This document shows, in pieces, positions 56,108 through 64,000 of a stretch of 64,000 nt of DNA. The notes beneath the pieces are model-generated. The model was not told the origin of the DNA. It worked only from the letters and a program-made list of their open reading frames with translations, and ran no database searches. The position numbers and the translations under genes were made by a program. The stretch's first letter is position 1; every line of letters starts with the position of its first letter. This stretch comes from the human T2T-CHM13v2.0 reference genome, Homo sapiens: assembly GCF_009914755.1 (NCBI RefSeq), contig NC_060929.1, one strand, 5' to 3'.

Positions 56108-59100
56108 GAGAGGAGAAAGGAAGGCAGCTATGCAGGCAGTTAGGGCAGATCCTTGGTAGAATTCTTTCCAACAAAGAGCAGCCTGAAAAATCAAGCAGCA
56201 AGCACAGATAAGGAAGCAAGGTCTACCATAAAAACACCTTTGTTCCTTCAGTATGATATTGGCTGTGAGTTTGTCATAAATAGCTTTTACTATTTTGAGA
56301 TACATTCCATCAATACCTAGTTTATTCAGAGTTTTTAGCATGAAGAGGTTTTGAATTTTATTGAAGGCTTTTTCTGCATCTATTGAGATAATCATGAGGT
56401 TTTTGTCATTGGTTCTGTTTATGTGATGGATTACATTTACTGACTTGTGTATGTTGAACCAGCCTTGCATCCTAAGGACGAAGCTGACTTGATCGTGGTG
56501 GCTGGATTTGGTTTGTCAGTATTTAATTGAGGATTTTCACATCGATGTTAATCAGGGATATTGGCCTGAATTTTCTTTTTTGTTGTTGTTGTGTCTCTGC
56601 CAGGTTTTGGTATCAGGATGATGCTGGCCTCATAAAATGAGTTAGGGAGGATCCCCTCTTTTTTTGTTGTTTGGAATAATTTCAGAGGGAATGGTAACAG
56701 GTCCTCTTTATACCTCTGGTAGAATTCAGCTGTGAATCCGTCTGATCCATGGCTTTTTTTGGTTGCTAGGCTATTAATTACTTCCTCAATTTCAGAAGCA
56801 TTCCCTTTGAAAACTGGCACAAGACAAGGATGCTCTCTTTCACCACTTCTATTCAACACAGTATTGGAAGTTCTGGCCAGGGCAATCAGGCAAGAGAAAG
56901 AAATAAAGCTATTCAAATAGGAAGAGAGAAAGTCAAATTGTCTCTGTTTGCAGATCATATGATTGTATATTTAGAAAATCCCATCGTTTCAGCACAAAAT
57001 CTCCTTAAGCTGATAAGCAACTTCAGCAATGTCTCAGGATACAAAATCAGTGTGCAAAAATCACGAGCATTCCTGTAAGCCAATCATAGACAAAACAGAG
57101 AGCCAAATCATGAGTCAACTCCCATTCATAATTGCTTCAAAGAGAATAAAATACCTAGGAATACAACCTACAAGGGATGTGAACTATCTCTTCAAGGAGA
57201 ACTACAAACCACTGCTCAAGAAAATAAGAAAGGACACAAACAAATGGAAAAACATTCCATGCTCATGGATAGGAAGAATCAATGTCATGAAAATGGCCAT
57301 GCTGCCCAAAGTAATTTATAAACTCAATGCTATCCCCATCAAGCTACCACCAACTTTCTTCACATAATTAGAAAAATCTACTTTAAATTTCATATAGAAC
57401 AAAAGAAGAGCCTGTATAGCCAAGAGAATCCTAAGCAAAAAGAATAAAGCTGGAGTCATCACGCTACCTGACTTCAAACTATACTACAAGGCTACAGTAA
57501 CCAAAACAGCATGGTACTGGTACCAAAACAGATACATAGACCAATGGAACAGAACAGAGGCCTCAGAAATAACACTACACATCTACAACCATCTGATCTA
57601 TGACAAACCTGACAAAAACAAGCAATGGAGGAAAGGATGCCCTATTTAATAAATTGTGTTGGGAAAACAAACTATCCATATGCAGAAATCTGAACCTGGA
57701 TCCCTGCCTTACACCTTATACAAAAATTAATTCAAGATGGATTAAAGACTTAAATGTAAGACCTAAAACTATAAAAACCCTAGAATAAAACCTAGGCAAT
57801 ACCATTCAGGACATAGACATGGGCAGAGACTTCATGACTAAAACACCAAAAGCAATGGCAACAAAAGCAATAAACTGACAAATGGGATCTAATTAAACTA
57901 AAGAGCTTCTGCAGAGCAAAAGAAATTATCATCAGAGTGAACAGGCAACCTACAGAATCGAAGAAAATTTTTGCAATCTACCCATCTGACAAAGGGCTAA
58001 TATCCACAATCTACAAAGAATTTAAATTTACAAGAAAAAACACCAAACAACCCCATAAAAAAGTGGGCAAAGGATATGAACAGACACTTCTCAAAAGAAG
58101 ATGTTTATGTGGCCCACAAACACATGAAAAAAAGCTCATAATCACTAGTCATTAGAGAAATACAAATCAAAATCACAATGAGATTCCATCTTACACCAGT
58201 TAGAACAATGATCATTAAAAGTTAGGAAACAACAGATGCTAGAGAAGATGTGGAGAAAAAGGAATACTTTTACACTGTTTGGTGGGAGTGTAAATTAGTT
58301 CAACCATTGTGAAAGACAGTTTGGCGATTCCTCAAGGATCTAGAACTAGAATTACCATTTGACCCAGCACTCCCATTACTGGGTATATAGCCAAAGGATT
58401 ATAAACCATTCTACTACAAAGACACATGCACACCTATGTTTATTGCAGAACTGTTCACAGTAGCAAAGACTTGGAACCAACCCAAATGCCCATCAGTGAT
58501 AGACTGGATTAAGAAAATGTGGCACATATACACCATGGAATACTATGCAGCCTTATAAAAAAGATGAGTTCATGTCCTTTGCAGGACATGGATGAAGCTG
58601 GAAACCTTTATTCTCAGCAAACTAACACAGGAACAGAAAACAAAACACCGCATGTTCTCTCTCATAAGTGGAAGTTGAACAATGAGAACACATGGACACG
58701 GGGAGGGGAACATCACACACCGGGGCCTGACAGGGGGTGGGGGACTAGGGGGGGGATAGCATTAGGAGAAATACCTAATGTAGATGACAGGTTGATGAGT
58801 GCAGCAAACCACCATGGCAACAAACCTGCATGTTCTGCATATGTATTGCAGAACTTGAAGTATAATAATAATAATAATAAACCTTTGTCTTTTATGCAAC
58901 CAGTGAGTTCTGTCCATACACAGTGGGCTTTCCTTTTTGGGCATACTCAGATAAGGGAACTTAGACTAGGGACTTCCTTAAGACATGCTTGCAGCTGCAG
59001 AGATAAGAGGATTTACACAAACCAAACACGTCCACAGTGGAAAATTCCATCTCCTGACACATGACTCAGGCTAAGGAACCACATGCTCACTAGAGGGGCA

Positions 59101-59389
59101 GGGTGGAGCTGTCACAAATTTCTGCTTTATGCAAATAAGATGCCCAGTCCTAACTGGTTTTTTCCACCTTATGTAAATGAAACACCCCACCTCATTCGCT
59201 TTTGCATAAAAGCCTTTGTACTCAACTGTGAAATGCCAACCTTCCTCGGGCCCCCTCCCCGCAGTGGATAGCTTTTCTCTCTCTCTTATTAAACTTTCAC
59301 TCAAACTCACCCTCGATGACCACACCCCTTATTCTTCTTGGTCATGAGACAAAGAACTTTGGGTAATACCTCAGACAATGAGACTACTT
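56108..59389 (+). mobile_element. ERV1 MER4-group solo LTR (MER83/84-like) split by an L1
   Basis: Left part 56108-56243, right part 58881-59389 with attaaactttc and terminal gagacaaagaactttgggtaatacc...cttca. Confidence 0.7.
56244..58880 (+). mobile_element. Twin-primed L1PA7-like element (element E)
   Basis: Inverted ORF2 segment 56244-56797, sense segment 56795-58880, gaa microhomology, TSD acctttgt at 56236-56243 and 58881-58888. Confidence 0.93.
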
Positions 59390-59419
59390 CACTAATACCT
59401 CCCCAATTTCACTAATTCT

Positions 59420-60990
59420 TTGTACCATTACTTCTAGGATTTCCCTTATCGAAGAAGCATTGGCATGTATCAGTCATTAATCTGTCATTCTTCTTTTTTG
59501 GAAATCAATGTCCAAGTCTTATAAATTTCACAACATTGATATCTTAAATATCTTTCTATTTCCATACCCACTGCCTTACTACAGATTCTTAATATCTCGT
59601 ACTAATGATATTCTCATAGCTTCCTAAGAGGCCTTGCTCTGTCTCCATTTATAAGCTCTCTAAAGCTCCCAAGTGATCTTTGTATAATGCAACCTGATCA
59701 TACCACTCCTTTGTCTGGAGGCCTGCAGTGATTTCCATTGTTTAGATTATAAAGCTAAACCTTTAACCATGGTATACAAAATTATTTGTGCTATGTCCCT
59801 GGCTTTCTTTCCAGTCTCAGGTCTACTTCCTGTGCCTTGTTTTCTCACACTATTTTCTAGCCTTGCCAAACTGCCTAAAGATACCCAACACTACTTGCTA
59901 CTTTTGGATACAAGCAACAGAAACCCACTGAAAGCACTTTAATATGTATTTTGAATTGAATGCTCATCCTGATCATAGAATAGTGTAGATGGCCAAGCTG
60001 AAAATGGAAGACAATTGTGACAAAGGTATTAATAGGTCATAGAATCTGATATTGGAAGTACAATTCATGCCATGAAGAGTAAACTCTGAATTAGAAAGTC
60101 TTTATGAAGTTGGCAAATTTATACATGGTCTCTAATTTCTGTCTCTCTGAGTCTGTTCCATTTTTTTTATTTTGTTGATATGGTCTCTCTGTTCAGCTCA
60201 TCTTGCACATGGAACAACATGATCACCATCCAGAGTATATAAAGTCCTCTCAGCTCCACAGCCATGGCCAACTGATGATTCTATGTTATTTAGTTAAAAA
60301 TCTAGCCCATTTACTCACTACTTGGCAAAACTTTAGCTCTATAGTCAAACCACATGTTGATTGTCTCACATCCCTGTTTCTCCACTTAATCACCAATATC
60401 TTCCTTTATACAGAAAAATAATTCAGCATTATTTCTCTGTGTGTGGTAGGGGCAGGAGGTGGTGAGGTAGTGGGGAATTTAGCAGTTTAAGCTAGAAGTG
60501 GCAGGTGGGTAGGACAGGCATGTGACTAACATCCAGTACATACACAAAGCCTCTGTGCTTTCATCTGAAATATGCTCTTCTCCTCCTTGTCTGCTGGTGA
60601 TAACCATCCATTTTTCAAAACACTGTAAAGTTTCTGGATAACAGGGACTTTGTCATGCTTGTTAGTATATCTCTAGCCTGGAAAATACCATGTAATCTTT
60701 AAATAGTTGTTGAATTAATGAACAAATACATTCTGGTTATTTTCCTATAAGGTCATCCCTACCAAAAAATGGCCACTCCTTCCTTTATACCCCATTAGAA
60801 TACCCTCTATGCATACCTTTATTAGAAACTAAAATACTGATGTACTTATTTGAGTCCATCACTTTACTAGACTGTGACCTCCTTGAGGAAACACCTTGAG
60901 AAAACATGATTTATTAATTTCAACATTTCTAATCCAATGTAGATGCTGAAAAAAAATGCCTGTTGAATCAATGACTGAGTAAATGAGCAA
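59420..60990. mobile_element. Patchwork of L2 and old MaLR remnants
   Basis: L2-like ctgatcataccactcc, ttactagactgtgacctccttgagg, gttgttgaattaatgaacaaat. Confidence 0.55.
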
Positions 60991-62387
60991 CATTAACAAG
61001 CCCTTCACATTCATAGTGTCCTTTTGTTCCTCTTTTTTAAGAGCACTATTTTATGTAAGGTTTCAGGAAGCAGAAATAAGTAAAGCAGCACAAATTTTGT
61101 CACTGTGAAGAACATGTCTTACCCTGCAAGCAAAAGTATTTTTCAGCCCATTCCTGTTCCTTTCTCTGCTGGCTGTCCACTGGAGAAACTGGTCTTCAAC
61201 CCACCCTCTCTCTGAAGAACACTAGAGAATTTTGGTAAAGATCCTGACATAAGACTTTGACTGATTTATACCAAAGACACAATTATAAAACAAGTCTCTA
61301 TGGAATATACTAATTGGCTCTGTTTTAATATCCTTTAATCACAACACATATAATTCTTTTGCTTGGAGATCACCTAAAGACTATAATATGCCCAAAACAA
61401 TCAGATACATTGTACTTTCATCTCCTTAATGAACTTTGCTATATTTTGTCTTTTCCAGTAAATTACAAATGAGTCACAGTTTGGAAATAATTCTAAAAGA
61501 AAGCCCTTTCCAAGCATGGAAGTGGTAAATATAAACTTCAGCGTATGACCATCTGTCAGAGTTAATTCCCGTCAGGGATTTCGTCCTTAGTTATTTGTTT
61601 CTATAGACAATGTAAAGCAAAAGTCAAAGCGTGAACTTTGAATAGTAGCAAATTCTTTATATATTTACCAGCTTGTTTCCAACACTAATTTTCTTCAATA
61701 TATAAATAATTATATTAAATTTTTTTATGTATGAAACAAACTAGAAAGTGAAATTTTCTAAGTTCCTATTCTCTGGAAGTAACCCTAATGAACACTAATT
61801 TTTTTTCAATAACTTGTTTTCAATAGCATGTATGGTTGCTTATCATTTTTAGATTTGCCTAATCTTGTTAGGGTTGCCTCAAAGTTTTACATAAATTTGG
61901 TTGAATAAACCAGTAATAGTATTTTTGGAAAGTATCAAAAGAGGCATCACTAATTTGCTTATGTTGATGCAGGGTCATTTTAAACATGCGATATAGACAA
62001 GCATTCTCTACAATAACATTGAATAATTACAATGACAGTATTTTTTGGTCTCTTGTGCTCTCTCATATGACAGTGAAGTGGCTAATTGCTCTGCAACATA
62101 GCCTATTACAGCCACAGTTAATTAACTGCAATAATTACCTAATGTACTTTTCTGTACAATTAGAAAGTTTCAGATATAACAAATAAAATTTGCTTCCCCT
62201 TTTGAGGTGTGCAGCTATATTATATTTAGCAAACATACATTTTTATTTATGGTAAGTACACTCAATTAAGATTATCCTCAAGCACCATGAGAGTGAGATA
62301 GGAATCTACTTGCAGACAAGTTACTAAAAGTTTTCTCTGAAACAACAGTCACACTCAACATGTTTTTCTTTTGAAAGTGGTGGATAC

Positions 62388-62780
<393 letters not shown>

Positions 62781-63559
62781 TTAAATAAATCCTAGGGAGA
62801 ATCAGTGTGGTTGAAGCAATGCCCCACAACTGCCTCCAGCAACTCTGCAACCCCCACTCCTCCCTATCCCCCAACACAAAGCTGAAATCCCCTCACTTCA
62901 CCAGGCTCTTGGGCTCTTTCTAATTTGTTAAGTGTTAGATGAAAGAAAAAAAAGAAAAAACTTCAAGAGAGATAATTAAGGTCTTAGAAAAAAGAGTCAT
63001 CACAATGGAAGGAGACAGTTTGTCTCACTTTTTTGGATAGAATAATAAACTCAATGAGTAGGCAAAACTGTTTCTGGCTAAAATGATAGAGATGTGAATG
63101 ACAGCAATAGAACAGGGCAGAACTATTGGGTGGGAGAATCTAATGATACAATTTTTAGAGAAGATATTGTCCTCTCAGAACCCCAACACCCAGCTACCCA
63201 CTAGTTTATTGAATTTAGTCAAAAGTTCTTTTAAAATGGGGAGAAAAAGCAAGATACTGGAACCTTACCTTAGTTAATAATTGCTTTTCAGGGAAACATG
63301 TATTATGTACTTTTTAAATCTCATGCTGTTTGAAGAACAAAAATTTACTAATAAATGTTACATTAAAAATTAGCCAAAAATTATAAACTAAGCAGTTTAC
63401 TAAATTACATGGATAGTCTTTTTCCCTGACAACTTAGTAAGAACTTTTTAAAAAGCATCTTTTAGCATTAGCCTATAGATAATCCTTGGGTGAATATAGG
63501 TTGAATTATGCTATAGATTAAAAGTATTAGAATTATAGGATCAATGTAAAGTATTAGGC

Positions 63560-64000
63560 ACAGGAAGAAATACAAATGGCCAATAAAAACATGAAAAAAT
63601 GTTCAGTGTCATTAGACATTAGAGAAATGCATATCAAAACCACAGAACTTCCCACATACTAGGATGGCTATAATAAAAATAAAACATTTTTAATAGAAAA
63701 TAACAAGTGTTAATGATGATGTAGAGAAATTAGAAGTGTAACACATTGCTAATGGGAATGTAAAATGATTTAGCCACTATAGAAAAGAGTTTGATTGCTC
63801 CATAATAAGTTAAATGGAGAATTATCATATGACCCAGGAATTCCATTCCTAGATATACCCAAAAGAATAAAAAACAAATGTCTAAACAAATACTTGTTCA
63901 CAAATGTTCAGAGCAGGACTGTTCACAATAACCAAAAAGAAAGAAAAACTGAAAATGTCATCAACTAATGAAGGAATAATCAAAATGTGGTATTACCAAG
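63560..64000 (+). mobile_element. Old L1M (L1MB-like) ORF2 3' end, runs off window
   Basis: aagaaatacaaatggccaataa, agagaaatgcatatcaaaaccac, catatgacccaggaattccattcctag. Confidence 0.8.

Overview
Primate (human or great-ape) AT-rich intergenic or intronic DNA, largely made of retroelements. I find no protein-coding exon or RNA gene; the long ORFs in the track are decayed L1 ORF1/ORF2 pieces plus one RSL24D1 processed pseudogene (~47.8-49.6 kb, minus strand). The window holds a 13 kb nested L1PA15/16-like element containing an Alu, a THE1 LTR and a 5.2 kb antisense L1PA6/7. It also holds a full-length L1PA6-like copy, a 5'-truncated L1PA3-like copy, several twin-primed (5'-inverted) L1s, ERV1/MaLR/ERVL LTRs, Alus including a near-perfect AluYa5, and L2/MIR/MER5A relics. 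The most notable unannotated structure is a 0.4-0.7 kb gene-conversion-like tract shared between two inverted L1s of different subfamilies 28 kb apart. Also notable are a tiny twin-primed L1 carrying a 3' transduction, and a young L1 whose 17-nt inverted cap derives from ORF1. I see no evidence of a new gene-encoded system. Subfamily names and consensus states are recalled from memory, not from a database search.
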